A stretch of DNA of 64,000 nt from Octopus vulgaris (GCA_951406725.2 OX597829.1:10602001-10666000); one strand, 5' to 3'; positions 1 through 18,330 are shown, numbered from the stretch's first letter. A program made the numbers and translations. Notes: generated from the sequence alone by a model not told the origin.

Positions 1-1809
1 GTGAGCCATTATAAGTTTACTCTCAGACTTTTCCCAGCAGCAAGTATGTGCAAGAATCTAAATTATCATAGCCTGATTGAATGTGTATGATTGTCATCAA
101 TTATTTCAACACGACTAAAAACAACGGATGATCAGTAATATCTTAACATCTAGTTGAAAAAAGAATTTTAAACGGTGATACTGCTCATCATCTATACATT
201 AATATAATGTTATTTTTTTCAGTTCAGTTGAATAAATTAATCTGTGGGGGGAAGCTGTGTAGAGTTCTTGTGCAAAATACAGAGATTATGATGTTTTTAA
301 ATATACAGTAAATGAAAACTCGTGTTAATAAATCTAACTTCAAGTATACATTGATATATCTCTTTGTAAATTTCATTTTTTTATAATATATAGTAAAAGT
401 ATACTTTGCATTTTAGCTTTTGTTTTTATTTTATATTTTATTTATTTATTTTTTTGACGTGATTAATTAGAGCTTATGAAATAGAATTATATTTCCAGTT
501 CAGCTTAACAAAATAGAAATGTTATGTAAGGCTTTATATTAATTCGTGGTTTTAATATTTTTTTTTTTATAGATGACTTACAAATCATGTATAAAGAAAA
601 AAGGCTCCGAGTTTTGTTTTAAATTTTAGCTAATTTAATAAATTTTATAATCAATAGTTGTATAATTATTATACAAATCATACAAAACATATAAACTGAA
701 TGAAGACTATAGATTTTTTTTAATTTTCGTGTTTTTAGTTGCTGTTGAACGAAAGATATTCTAGCCGTTGTACTGTGAATAATAACACAATATGATCAAC
801 AGGAAGATCTTTAAAACTACAGTTTTTGTTTTTTTTTCAATTATCATTCTCAGTGCGTCTGGAAATCAGAATATATTCATTTATCGTGTTTCATTTTAAC
901 TAGGGCATGGATGCTTGTCAAAATGTTTGCCTTTCCAAATTCACTCCAAGTTTCCAATTACTTTTCTTGTAACTGCAGTTTGATGGAAGTTCCAAAAGAT
1001 CACATAGAATTGATATAGCGTTGTTAAAGTCAAGTTGAAGACCCTCATGATGACCAAGGTCCTCCAATTTACATTCAATTGTATTAGGGGAAGGGATTTC
1101 TAGTATTCTTGTATTAGCGAAATAACATACCTGATTTGAGTCTGCTAGCGTTAATTTCTTCCACTTTCAACGAGCCTCACAACGAGCAACAACACCTGAA
1201 GACAGATATAAGATATTTGTGTACTCAACATCAAATGCGTTAAACATACTTATCACACCAATGATGTCCCCTGCATCCTTATCATCGCATTAAGCCCTCC
1301 TTCTGTCTAGATATTTTCTAGGTCGTTCATTATCCTCTTTTTCAGCATTGTATGATGACTTTCAATCGCTTCAATTTGAACTCGCACTCATCACTATTAC
1401 ACATAGTGTTAATGCAGTGATCAGTACAACAAACCTAATAAAACGGTGAACACAGTGGTTTGCACAAACTTTCGTGGAGTGAAAATTTTACTGGTGTTAA
1501 ACAACGCCTTTTTCCGATACAGAGGTGAAATCTCGTTTGAGGCCTTATGTTACTATCTAGCAACATTTGTCCCATTATAAATGCTTCAGAATTTTTTTTG
1601 GTGCTTTTCTAAACTTTAAATAAATTATTTTAATACCCGAAATACTTACTTCAATCTGTTTTATGAATTTTTCACAGAAATATAGCTATCTTTTCATATA
1701 AGTATAAGCTATCTTTTATTCATTTGATAATTTTTATATCACTTTTAACGTTCCATAGTTTTATTTTAATTATAAAGATCTTCTGAGTTTTCATGAAACA
1801 AAAAAGCCA

Positions 1810-2300
<491 letters not shown>

Positions 2301-3219
2301 TAAGCCTGCTGGATATCGTATTCTACCATAGGCAACACGTTTAGAAGATATTCATCGCTTTTTTTTTTGTAGTTAGAAACTCCACCAAATCAATGTGGTG
2401 AAAAAGCTTTGCATGCTGTAGCTGCGAAACGCAAGCTATGGATTTGCGGTTTTACTGTTTAGTCAATGTTAGCAACGGAACCTAAATTTTTACCAACAAT
2501 AGGAGGTATGAGAGAATATGTTCCGGTGAAGGTTCTTTCCATCGAGGTACGTAATCTCTTTCGCAAGAGTTTCCTGTCGGGAGATGAGAGACAGCTTCCA
2601 AAAGTTCTTGCCGGAACTACGGAAAGTATTACCCGTTCGGATTAAATTCTGCAGACATGATTGCATCATCCAATGCCAGTAGAATGACAAAACCATTCCG
2701 TAGATATTCACTATCGAAACTTCACTGACGTTTCCATGCATAATGATAAGTTCTTGTAAGATGAAAAATGAAATACGCTTGTCAACGTTGCCCTCCTTTT
2801 CTTGGCTGGCAGTTTCCCTCTGCTATGGCGGAAGAGGGAACAAACTGTACTCAAGAGACAGAATACAAAAAGGTCTTTTCAGCTCTGAAAAAAAATGTTG
2901 TTCATTAAACCTTTATTATTTTTTTTTTTTTGTCTGACACTCAACAGGCGTTTATTGGGGTTTTTTTTTTCCTTTCTCGTATCTTAATGCATCACAAACC
3001 AAATATGGCATGATGTGTATAAATCTCTGAAATGTATTAATTTATTTATTTGTTTATTCATTTTTGTTACAAGTGACAAATGTTATGCTACCTATCAATG
3101 AACATAGCTTGTCCTAGATTAGCCAGAGAGTGTAATTTACACAAGGCGGGGGGGGGGAAACTTTTTGCAAAGTATTTGACCTTAAAAAAAAAAGTAGTTA
3201 TTGCATCGGTTCTATTTAG

Positions 3220-3252
<33 letters not shown>

Positions 3253-3369
3253 TTTCTGTTTTAGTAATCTGTGCTCAGCATAATCCTGAACGGATTCATA
3301 TTAATTAAGCGTTTACTACTAAATACTGAGAAATATTTTTGTCTCCAAAATGTCAGTTCCCATTCAACG

Positions 3370-3512
3370 TGGCTGCTACTGCTCACGTTGCTGCTGTTAC
3401 TACTGCTGCTGCTGCTGTTACTGAAACACTACTACTACTATTACTAATACTACTGCTACTGCTGCTGATGTTCCTGCTGCTGCTGTTGTTGCTGCTGCTG
3501 CTGCCACTACTA

Positions 3513-3580
<68 letters not shown>

Positions 3581-3647
3581 GCTACTGCTGCTGCTGCTGC
3601 TACTACTACTACTACTACTACTACTACTGCTACTGCTGCTGCTGCTG

Positions 3648-3728
<81 letters not shown>

Positions 3729-4250
3729 ATGTTTACTGTTGATATCGTTGCTTTTGTGGATCTGGTTGTTATGGATGATGGTGGTGATGATGATGATGAT
3801 GAAGTGGCGAAGGCGAGGAGCAGGAGCAGGATGGATGACGATGGAGGTGATCGTGGTGGGGACGAATGTGGCGGCGTAAGTGGTTGTGGATTTGCTGGTG
3901 ATGGAGTGGTGGAAGTGGTGGTAACGTTTACACCGTTGACATGGTAAGGGTGGTGGAGTTGTTTATCATGATGACGATTAAAATGTTGACGATGTTAAGA
4001 TGACGACATTTATGATGACGCTAGCAACGACACTGATAATGATGATGATGATGATGACGACGACGACGACGACGACGATAGACACAATTATGATCATGGT
4101 GATCATGAAGACGGTGGTGGTGGTGATGCTGGCAGTTGCGATGATGATGATGATGATGACAACGTCGACGAATGACAGTGATGAACATGCCCTCATCATT
4201 GTTACTATTGTTTTTGTTGTTCTTGTTGTTGTCATTGTTATTGTTGCTGT
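3370..4250. repeat. Trinucleotide microsatellite block (CTA/CTG, GAT/GAC/GGT)
   Basis: Long (CTA)n/(CTG)n then (GAT)n/(GAC)n tracts. The poly-L/M/T ORFs are artefacts. Confidence 0.9.
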
Positions 4251-5021
4251 TTATCCTTGTTTTATACTGGTAAATGTCATTCTTCCATCAGGGCTTCAGA
4301 GCTAGAGGTTAGTTTTGCAGTGTAAGTATCGGGTATCAATCCCAGCCTCTGATTCGCTCACCAGGTGCAGCTCTCTGAATCAGTGTTTACAACCCCCGCA
4401 CTGTCCTTAACATATTAGTCAGTACAACACACCCACCCACACACTTACATATAGCCTACACATGCGTGTACGCACACATCCCAAAGAGATATCTGTGTAC
4501 CACAATTCCAATTTTGACAAGCAAAACTACAAAATTCAAAACCAAGAAAAAAATAAAATAAATTGAAAAAGAGACAATTACTTTAAGAATTTGTTACTCT
4601 TTTGTAGTAATTATTGTTGTTGTTGTTGTTTTAGGTTTTATATTTATGCATGTTGTTTACTTATTTTGCTTCTTGCTTTTGCTTATGTCTTTAGGTCTAA
4701 TGAATTTCTGTTTTCTGGAAGAAATGCCCCAGGTTCTAACAACTCCACCATTCCTGTTGTTGGTTGTCGATTAGTAAATTATAAACGTTTTACCGTAACA
4801 GATTCAAGAAACATGCCTGATACACAGAATGGATAAATACTCCTCATGTATAGAAACACAGACACACACTGATACATAAACAAAACGCACACATAAACAC
4901 ACACATACATATGCACGCAGTATATTGCTTATATGCTTCCACGCGCACTCAGATGAACGCAAATGTATTTGTATATGGTGCGTTGTCGTCGGATACATGA
5001 TACAGACGAGGAACAGGAGAT

Positions 5022-5231
5022 ACTAAAAGGCTCCTGGCTTTAAGGGTGTCGCGAAAACTCAGGTTGGAGGTCCGAACTTCCGAGTTCTTTTACAGGGCTT
5101 AGAAAAACTGACAGGACTACTGCAATAAATGTGTGAATATGCGAGGGGAATATTTTGAATAAAGTCGTAACATACCGATCCTCTTGTATTTTCTTTTACT
5201 CAAAACCAGGAAATTTTAGCACCCGCTCGTA
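5022..5231 (+). mobile_element. Short non-autonomous mariner-derived element
   Basis: Decayed terminal inverted repeats (ctaaaaggctcctgg ... ccaggaaattttagcacccgctcgta) ending in TA. Homologous copies at 27813-28034 and 42780-42954. Confidence 0.6.
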
Positions 5232-5291
5232 AGTTAGAAGTAAACATTATGAAGGATAGACGCATAGTCAGATTAAGGAAGGAATAGACAA

Positions 5292-5335
<44 letters not shown>

Positions 5336-5367
5336 AGAGAGAAGGAGAGAGAGAGAGAGATAGACCG

Positions 5368-5460
<93 letters not shown>

Positions 5461-7812
5461 TGTTTCTTTTATTAGCCACACAATGCTGCACACAGACGAG
5501 AGAGCTTTTCTTTATGGGGAGAAAAGAATAAAAAAAAATGGGGTAGGTTTTCGATCAAAAGGGATCGTAAAAGTGAAAGAAGAAAAAAAGAAGAAAAAAA
5601 GGAAAAGAAACAAAAGAAAAAAAACGATCAATAGGGATCGTGTATCACAGATGTAAGGTATAAACGGGAAGCAGATAAAGTTTAAACGTGGAAAGAAAAG
5701 ACTACGGAGAAAACCACGGCAACCTCAGTCAATAATGTCACATGTTACCACATTTGTTTGCAAGTAGGAAACCCTCTGTTTTAAATTTTTCCGGGTTCAA
5801 GGTGGCTTCGTTATTCATACGTGCCATCCTTGCTACATTCCCCCATCCTTTTTTGAAACATTCACTAGACAAAACTTGCCTCTCTACTCTCACTTTCCTT
5901 TTCAAGTGATACTTGAAGAAGTTGATGAGAGGTTGACCAGAGAGGAAAGTGTTTGTCTCTAATACTTTCAGACGCGTCCACCAGATACGTTCTTTCGTCA
6001 TGGCCACAGGTATGATGAAAATAGCTCTTCCTTCCCAAATTGAAGGAAGGAGGCGTGACGATATTAACGATAGACTCGGCTGTTAAACTGATTCGTCCCA
6101 CACGTGACAGCAGTCGTTCGACATAAGCCCACAGGTTGGAGATTGTTGGACACTGCACGAGTGCGTGCAGAACGGTTACGTCGCTCTGACGCATCTCGGG
6201 CAGGTCGGCTCTGTGTTTCTAGAGTCGTGTCTGTAGAGCTTATCCCGAATGGGTAGCGCTTCTCGGTAGCACTGCCAGGCCAGGGATCTTTGGAAGTTGT
6301 CCATAGGCCCTGGCCCGAAAGTCGTCCTGAATGGGCGGGTCAGGTATTCCTCGTCGACGCTCAGGTTCGCCCCAAGCTCGTCGTCGTACCTCCCCTCCAC
6401 TAATCCCTATAGAATGCTTGGGTTCTGTTGAAATCACTCAAGGTCAACCCGGGACGGCATAGTTGTTTGAGAGCAACGCGACGCTCGAGGTGCCATTCGC
6501 CAGTCCTCGGCCTCTTTTTGATCCATTACTGCAGTTCTGTCATGGAGACGAGCTGCGGGAAGGCGTGCCTCACAAACGGCGACCACACCTGTTCACCGTC
6601 GTCTACATAGAGTTGGAGATGTCACAGACTCTGCGCGTGTATGCGCATCATCAACCACGGCATACCCAGTCCTCCTTTTAACGGGTGTTGAAAGCAAATG
6701 GATCGCCTGATCATCGGGACGCAGCCTTTCCACAAGAAGCGAAAGAGAATGCATTGTAGTTTGGTGATGGTAGGGTCGGGACAAGGTACGACGATCAGGT
6801 GGTAGTAGATGACGGACGCGATGTACGTGTTCGCCACCTCTGCCCGACCTTTTAGGGACAGTTTCCTCTCGGCCCATTGGCGGGCGAGGGTGACCACCCT
6901 ACTCGTTATCTCGATAGATGTCCATTTACGCGAATTACCGAACTGATACCTCTGTATAAAGCGGCTATCCAGCAGCGGAAGACGGGACCGAAGCCAGCCG
7001 CTCTGAGGACTGCCTCCAAGTATCGATGGTCTACCTTATCGAAAGCTTTCGATTGATCCAAATTGATCAGGGCCCTACCCATGCCAGGTTCCTTTACTAC
7101 CATGTCTGTGATGTAGCGCATCAGATGGAGGTTGTCATGGATGGTCCGGCCCGGCACGGCGCACGTTTGCGCCTTGTCAACCAGTTTCTCGATGACAAGA
7201 GCCAACCTCTTGGCTAACACCTTGGCCCAAATTTTCAAGTCTGCATTAAGCAGAGGGACGGGCCTAAAGTTATCTATTACATCCCCCTTGTTTAGATCTT
7301 TCTTCAGCAGTGTTACGGCTCCTCGGCTCACAAAACCAGGAATGCTCCCGTTTTGCTGCCAGTTGCAGTACACCGCTGCCAAGACGTCTCCAAACAAGTC
7401 TGGCATACAACTGTAAAGCTCGTAGGGTAGACCATCCAAACCCGGCAGGTTATGTAGGTAGGCACTGAAGTCCACCCTACGTTCTTGCCCGTCACTCGGC
7501 CCGAACAGTCGAGCAAAATGCTGTTGAAATGCCTCACACATTTTACTTGGCTCGAGTAATTCGCGCCCCTGTTCATCTACCAGAGACTGAATGGTGGCTT
7601 TGTTGCCCAGGTGCGCCTCTGCCACCCGGGCCTCTCTCGCTGCTCCAACACCTTCGTTCCTTAGAGAACGCATCCTAGCTCAGACAACACACCCTTTGTG
7701 TTTGACGTTGAAGTGTTGGTCGAAAGCCAACCTCGACGCCAAAACGTCGGATGCAATGCCGCTTCTAATTGCCTCTTCTGGCTTCTTAACTTGATCACCT
7801 TCTACTCTGTTA
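5461..7812 (-). mobile_element. L1/Tx1-clade LINE, family A copy 1 (5'-truncated, frameshifted, internally deleted)
   Basis: ORF2 pieces with PGLDGLPYELY, NFRPVPLLNADLKI, LINLDQSKAFDKVDH and GRAEVANTYIAS. The 3' UTR ends AATAAAAAGAAACA then (TATC)n. The QGCPLS/YADD segment present in copy 3 is missing at about 6910. Confidence 0.92.
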
Positions 7813-7822
7813 GGTAGATAGA

Positions 7823-8045
7823 TATGTCTCTTTATTAGCCACACAGAGCTGCACACAGATAGAACAAATTACAAGGTAGAGCTTTTCTTTTGAAGGTTTA
7901 AAAAAAAAAAAAAAGGAAGGGGGAGTTTCGATCAAAAGGGATCGCAAAAGGAGAGAAAGAGGACAAAAAAAAGGGGGTTAAAAAAAAAGGGGGAGAGGAA
8001 AAAAAATTGATCAATAGGGATCGTTATCACAGAAATGTCAATACA
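7823..8045 (-). mobile_element. Tx1 family A, 3' UTR-only fragment
   Basis: Matches the 3' ends at 5461, 53191 and 56421 (ctttattagccacacag.gctgcacacaga). Preceded by a short GATA tract. Confidence 0.85.
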
Positions 8046-8185
8046 CAGTCACACAGATAGACAGAGACTGTCAGATAGAAAGAGAAGGAGAGAGACAAAG
8101 AGACAGAGAGACATAGAGAAAGTGATTGAGTGATTGTTTGACAATCTGAGTGTAAATTAAGATGTGTTTGTTTCAGAATTTTTGT

Positions 8186-8268
<83 letters not shown>

Positions 8269-8815
8269 TGCTTGCCTTTATAATTTATTATATCAAACTG
8301 ACGGTCTGCTGTTAATTTGGCTCAGGACTGAGCTGCTGACAGCTGAGAAGCCTGCAGTTTTCATAACATAGACCTTGGAGGAGTTTTCATAACATAGACC
8401 TTGGAGGAGCCTGTGTAGTTGGGTAGCTAATGCCTTTGGATACTAATATAAGAATTATCTAGAAAGTTATTGGAAAGGTGCGTTTAAGTATGTATACGTG
8501 GTGACACACCTGCTCTCTTCTAATTGCATTATCTTGAGCCGTAAGAGAAATTTTCAAGGAAATTTGAAATAGTGGGACGACTTTTGTTTCAGTTTAAAGA
8601 ATTAGGACGTAACCGACATTTTAAAGGGAGATTAAATGGTTAAGATTGGTTCTGTTCTGGTTCAGAGAACAAATTCATAGCCTTCTAAAGGTTGATGCGA
8701 GGGCGTTGTTTGCGTTGAATGGATAAAAGAATAATGGACGACATGTGGCCCAAATTTTGCGAACGTGTATAAACGGACATCATTTACTGACTTGTAAAAA
8801 AACTTTACTGTCTCC

Positions 8816-8901
<86 letters not shown>

Positions 8902-9009
8902 GTCTGTCTCTCTGTTTATCTATCTATCTATTTATCAGTCTGTCTCTCAGTCTGTCTGTCTAGCTGCCTATTTATCTATCTGTCTACCTATCAATCCATC
9001 GATCAATCT

Positions 9010-9130
9010 AAAAGGCTTAGAAACAAACACTTTCCTCTCTGGCCAACTTCCCATCAACTTCTTCAAGCATTACGTGAAAGGGAAGATAAGAGTAGACAAT
9101 GAAGTTTTATCCCATGGAAGGTGTAATAAA
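9010..9130 (+). mobile_element. Old Tx1 family A ORF2 C-terminal fragment
   Basis: aaaggcttagaaacaaacactttcctctctggcc...aacttcttcaag is homologous to [19 protein letters not shown]. It follows a (CTAT)n tract. Confidence 0.7.
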
Positions 9131-9146
9131 AAAAGTGCTATTATGC

Positions 9147-9222
<76 letters not shown>

Positions 9223-9566
9223 AATATGATCACTATGTGGATTCCTTGTAAGCTAAAAATTAACGTCAAACCGTCCTGCCACGGACTCCGTGTTCTCAAA
9301 TTAGCAAGACGCTAGATGTTTACGAGCTAGATAAATGAAAAGAAATAAACATAGCACTTATTTCCATATCTTAAGGCTTCGTCATAAACAATTCAATAAT
9401 TGTCTGTGTCTCCTCAGCTGTTTATATTTTAATATTTATATATATATATTAATATTTTGATATTTATATTTTAATACTTTTAGTATACGCATCCGCATTT
9501 CGCTAATGAATCATAAATCTTTATGGTAAAAATACATACGCCGACAGCCGGATTTAGCCAAATCCT

Positions 9567-9647
9567 TGAGCGTTTGAGAAGTGACTACTGACGAGCCTAC
9601 GTCTGCTAGCCGAAACTACTCCTGTCTAGTGATTCCAGAGACGCTCA
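9567..9647 (+). ncRNA. Type-I hammerhead ribozyme motif
   Basis: ACUA-CUGACGA-GCCUA/UAGCC (one mismatch)-GAAAC-UACUCCU-GUC-UAGU. Stem I is extended by UGAGCGUUU/AGACGCUCA. Confidence 0.75.
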
Positions 9648-9918
9648 TGGGGCGGTTATCACCCCTGTCAGCGTATATATATTTTTAACTCTTTTTTTCT
9701 AACAATATAAGTGCTTCGGCTCCCTCAGTCACAATTAGTGACGATAAAATTACATATGTATATACACACATACACACAAAACACACACACACACACACAC
9801 ACGCGCACACACATACACACACACACCACCATCATCACACCACACAACACAGCACATATATGTATTATGCTGAACAGACATCAACATACACATTTATAGA
9901 TACACATATTCATGCAAT

Positions 9919-9972
<54 letters not shown>

Positions 9973-10934
9973 CTTGCTAAGAGAAGGAGTAAGGAGTAAA
10001 TGTGAGTGGACATAGATTTGAGATAAATATACCGTTAGACTGAGATAAATAGACATGCAGCCAAACATATAAATAGTCAAATAAAGAGATAGAGAAATAC
10101 TTGTGCAAGTAAGAGAGTAGATAGAAACGTAGATGGATTGGTTTAGTAGGTGATTAGATCGGTGATCGGTTATGTCGGTTTGAAAATTGTTCGAAAGTTC
10201 CAAGGTAGTTAGGTAGGTTAAGAAGGCGATGAATAACTATAGACAGTTTTAGGTAGTTAACTGACTATAAATATAGATAGTTTGTGTGTGGTGCGCATGT
10301 TTGTACATCTGTGCTTGTGGCCTGTAGTTTGTGTTCGTGTATGTGTGTGCATGTGTGTATGTGTCTATATCTGCGTTTTTGTGACCGTTTGTTTGTAGAT
10401 GTTGTCCGTGTGTTTATCTGCGTATGTTCAGTGTTAAAGCATTTAATGAATATCCAAGCACAGGAAAATTCACCCAGGTGGAAATCGAATTTATACCCTT
10501 CATAGCTCCACAGAAAGCCTCGAACATTAATTTATTGGACACGACTAGTAGTATTCAGCCGGAATATGACAAGTGTGCGTTCGATCGCAATCTGACTAAT
10601 TCATTGATATTGTTTGTTTGTTTGTTTCTTATCACTTTTTACAATTATTTATTTTTATTTTTATTTTTAATCATCGTGTTTATCCATTAAGACGGATGAT
10701 AATCTAGGACAAAAGAACTTATGACAAAAAAAAATAGGAAAAGAAGAAACAAAAAAATATGACGACTCCAGCCTTGAATTTCAGTTTGTATTAAGATATA
10801 TGAAGACATGGTAATTCTTTGATTTCGGTTAACCTTTTCTTTTTTTTTTTAACTGTTGAATGATAAAGAATCCAAGGAATTTTAAAACAAAAAATAAAAA
10901 CGCATTTCTTCCCAGATATACAGAAAAATATTGG

Positions 10935-11040
10935 CGTGTCTGTATGACGTTTACTCCCAACAACATGGTTACGAGTTCATTCCTACTGCATGGCACTTTG
11001 AACAAGTGTCTCCTACTATAGCCTCGAGCTGAAAGAAGCC
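10935..11040 (+). mobile_element. Decayed tRNA-derived SINE head
   Basis: B-box-like gagttcattcc followed by ggcactttgaacaagtgtc. A similar decayed head lies at about 40030-40130. Confidence 0.45.
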
Positions 11041-11291
11041 CGTCATATATATATATATAGATGTGTGTATTTTTCCCTTGTTAACAATAGCGTTCAGTTA
11101 ATCACTATACAAATCCATGATATTCTGTTAAAATGTCTTATTGACGAGTTTTATTTCTTCATTTTCCTAAAGAGAAGATTACATTGTTTTACACCATTTT
11201 ATTCCTCTGGAATAATACCAGTGATAACTTCGAAATATGTGTCGGAAGTAAAAGAATTGGAATAACACCTGTGTTTAACTCCATTTATATG

Positions 11292-11347
<56 letters not shown>

Positions 11348-11561
11348 GAAATGAAGAAAATGCTGACAAAATAATTTAAGTAAGGGAGAGCGTATTTAAT
11401 TAGGTGAAAGTTCTTTTTACCGGTTGCGCATTTGTTATGCTTATCAAAAGATATTTTTTTAAGAGAGATAGAGTTCCTTTCTGATAGATTTTTTTCTCTT
11501 ATCAGCATTTTCTTCATTTCCTTTTTTTTTATATATATCACAACTCGTGTTCCACATCTCC

Positions 11562-11621
<60 letters not shown>

Positions 11622-11623
<2 letters not shown>

Positions 11624-11822
11624 CGGGAAGCTTTATGAAAATAAACAAAAGACGAAGGCAGGTGGAAAACAAACGAACAATTGTATTAGTATGGCGCTCA
11701 GGAAATATAAATAAAACAAGTCTTTAACGTTTCGAGCCTACGCTCTTCAACAGAAAGATACACAGAGAGAGAAAAACACAGAAAGAAGGAGAGAAAAAAA
11801 ATGCGTGCAGTAGCTAACGAAT
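11622..11822 (-). mobile_element. About 200-bp non-coding repeat with an A6U hammerhead variant (HHR 11721-11758)
   Basis: Minus strand UCUUU-CUGUUGA-A-GAGC-GUAG-GCUC-GAAAC-GUU-AAAGA. Five copies in the window; this one starts right after (TA)n. Confidence 0.75.
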
Positions 11823-11836
11823 CAATGATGATGATG

Positions 11837-11913
<77 letters not shown>

Positions 11914-12024
11914 GGTGGGGGTTGTGGTGGTGGTGGTGGTGGTGGTGGTGGTGGTGGTGGTGGATGATAATGACGATGATGATGATGATGATGATAATTG
12001 ATCTGATGCAGTACGAGGCAGTGG

Positions 12025-12066
<42 letters not shown>

Positions 12067-12074
12067 TACATATA

Positions 12075-12280
12075 CATATATGACGGAATCTCCAGTGAGT
12101 GTTCAGTTTTTTGCCGAATGATCTGCATAAATGAATTGTTTTTTAAGATCAAATTTATGTGTTGTACATTATCTCATTCCCTTCATCAACTCGACGTTGT
12201 CTGAACAGGTGCAATATGGAAGAGATCACAGAGCAACGTGAGATGAAGTGCTTTGCTCCAGAACAAAACGCACCACACTG
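12075..12280 (-). mobile_element. SINE-like dispersed repeat
   Basis: Closely similar to 40990-41260 (gccgaatgatctgcataaatg...cacagagcaacgtgagatgaagt). Confidence 0.65.
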
Positions 12281-12399
12281 TCAAGCAGTCCCCAATAATA
12301 CGTATGTAGGTAGAGGTGTGGATGTGTGTTTGTATGGGTGTGTTGGTGTGTGGGTAGGTGTGTATCATGTGGTTGCTTGATAATGATGATGATGGTGAA

Positions 12400-12531
<132 letters not shown>

Positions 12532-12591
12532 GGTGGTGGTGGTTGTGATGATGATAATGACGATGATGATGATGATGATGATGATGATAAT

Positions 12592-13147
12592 TGCTCTGAT
12601 GCAGTACGAGGCAGTGGCTCTCATGGCTTCTGATCTTAACTGATTGGAAGTGTTATCATGTACATTGTTTTGTCTTGGTATAAAAGATGGGCTACAGCAA
12701 ATATTCTGCTCAATACCACAGATTTGTTTGTCAGTTGTTTGACCTTAACCAGTTGAGCATGTCCCTTAATGGCTGACGATATGTGCATCTCTGATCACGA
12801 GCAGAAGTAGTGGGGGAACATCATAGCCGTGTGTTCAGAGGGATTCTTTGGAGTTTGAATAATTCACCTTTGGAAACATAGGGGTTTCGTTCAACATCCT
12901 TAAACAAACCCTTATTCAGCGACATTTTGAGCGGGATGGGTTACTCGACCAAAAGAAAATTCTAACTGGGCCCCACCTGCAAGGTCATGTGCTGTTTATC
13001 TTGATATGAAATCACCATGTCGCGCACATATGGTTATGATGAATGTGCCTGGTGTACCCTTATCGGACGGGTAGTCTTGATGGGTATGCTGGGCTTCGTA
13101 TATTTTACCCCAGTGTCACTTTGATGGAATGCACTGCTCTCTCGCTC
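12592..13147 (+). mobile_element. About 555-bp non-autonomous element associated with (AAT)n/(GAT)n
   Basis: Highly similar copies at 21134-21689, 51108-51234 and 51292-51760, all ending ctctc(a/g)ctc-(AAT)n. No coding capacity. Orientation is inferred from the constant 3' end. Confidence 0.8.
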
Positions 13148-13210
<63 letters not shown>

Positions 13211-13225
13211 CATAATAATAATAAT

Positions 13226-16944
<3,719 letters not shown>

Positions 16945-16958
16945 TAATAATAATAATG

Positions 16959-17101
<143 letters not shown>

Positions 17102-17549
17102 ACCAATTTGTGTTTCTGGCATCAAACCTGTCTATCTACAACAATCGCACATGAAAGGAGGGGGCGAAACTGCCATGGGCTCTTAGGAGCATAGTTCGAT
17201 TTGTTTTTGCTCCGCCTCTGTTCTGTTTTTGTTTTTCCAACGGATTTCCTATTTTCTTCCTGAAGAGAAAGACACAATATGGTCCCATTATTCAATCGGA
17301 TTTTGGTAATTTGTGCCTTTCGAAACACGTGTAGAATGAAATAAAACGATTTCTGTTCAATCTGCGTTCAGCTCCATTTCTTCAATTCACCAATAATGTT
17401 TTAATTTCAATTATCCGCACCAACCCACGGTTGCAACACCATATGGTTGTACCTCCAACCGTGCTGTTTACTGCTGTGATTTTTGCTACTAAGGTATCGG
17501 TTAAACTTTTGATTAATCTACTACAAGATTATTCATCTTTCTATTTCAC

Positions 17550-17620
<71 letters not shown>

Positions 17621-17875
17621 GTATATAGGTATGTATGTAGGAATGTATGTATATTTGTATGTATAAGTGAGTTTAGGGGACGCCGTGTTAGCTCTCATTT
17701 AAGTTCCAGTTAACGGCTAACCTCAACGATCATCATTTAATGTCTATGACTACAATTTATTGTCAGTCACTCCGTGAATTCTTCCGATGGGTAGCTCCGT
17801 GCACGCTTCGCTGGACGGTAAAAAATTGTCTGGAGTATAAATTATCATTATTATTGTTGTTGTTGTTTTTTTTTG

Positions 17876-18330
17876 GATCACATCCCTACTTCTCAACTCT
17901 CAACATCAATGTTCCACATTCGAATGAGAGCATGTATCCCTGCCCAGTAAAATTCTGTTGACTGTTCTTTGCGCCACTTCTTCACTACATTTTTCACTTT
18001 CTCCTTACCGGAATAATGTTTGCCTCTCAAACCCTCTTTCATGGGGCCAAAGAGTTGATAGTCTGAAGGCGCTAAATTAAACCAATGACGAGGAAATGAA
18101 AACTGTGGTGAAGAAGTGGCGCAAAGAACAGTCAACAGAACTTTACAGAACTTTACGAGGCTCTCATTCGAAGGTGGAACATTGCTGTTGAGAGAAACGG
18201 TGACTATGTTGAGAAGTAAGGGTGTAATTCACAGAGGACCAGCTTCATTTTGATGTATGATACATATTCCTGTGTTGGTAATTATACCTGTCCTAAACAA
18301 AATTGCATTACTTTTTGACTCACCCTCGTA
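17876..18330. mobile_element. Mariner transposase 3' relic with an inverted duplication
   Basis: Minus-strand NLAPSDYQLFGPMKEGLRGKHY matches the mariner SPDLAPSDY motif. The same C-terminal region recurs on the plus strand at 18088-18330, ending in TIR-like gactcaccctcgta. Confidence 0.8.

Noticed and set aside
919-1170. Stop-free minus-strand frame of about 80 codons without a start
   Set aside because: No recognisable motif or convincing splice context, so an exon cannot be supported.
8358-8411. 26-bp direct repeat agttttcataacatagaccttggagg twice
   Set aside because: A simple adjacent duplication with no spacer; not CRISPR-like.
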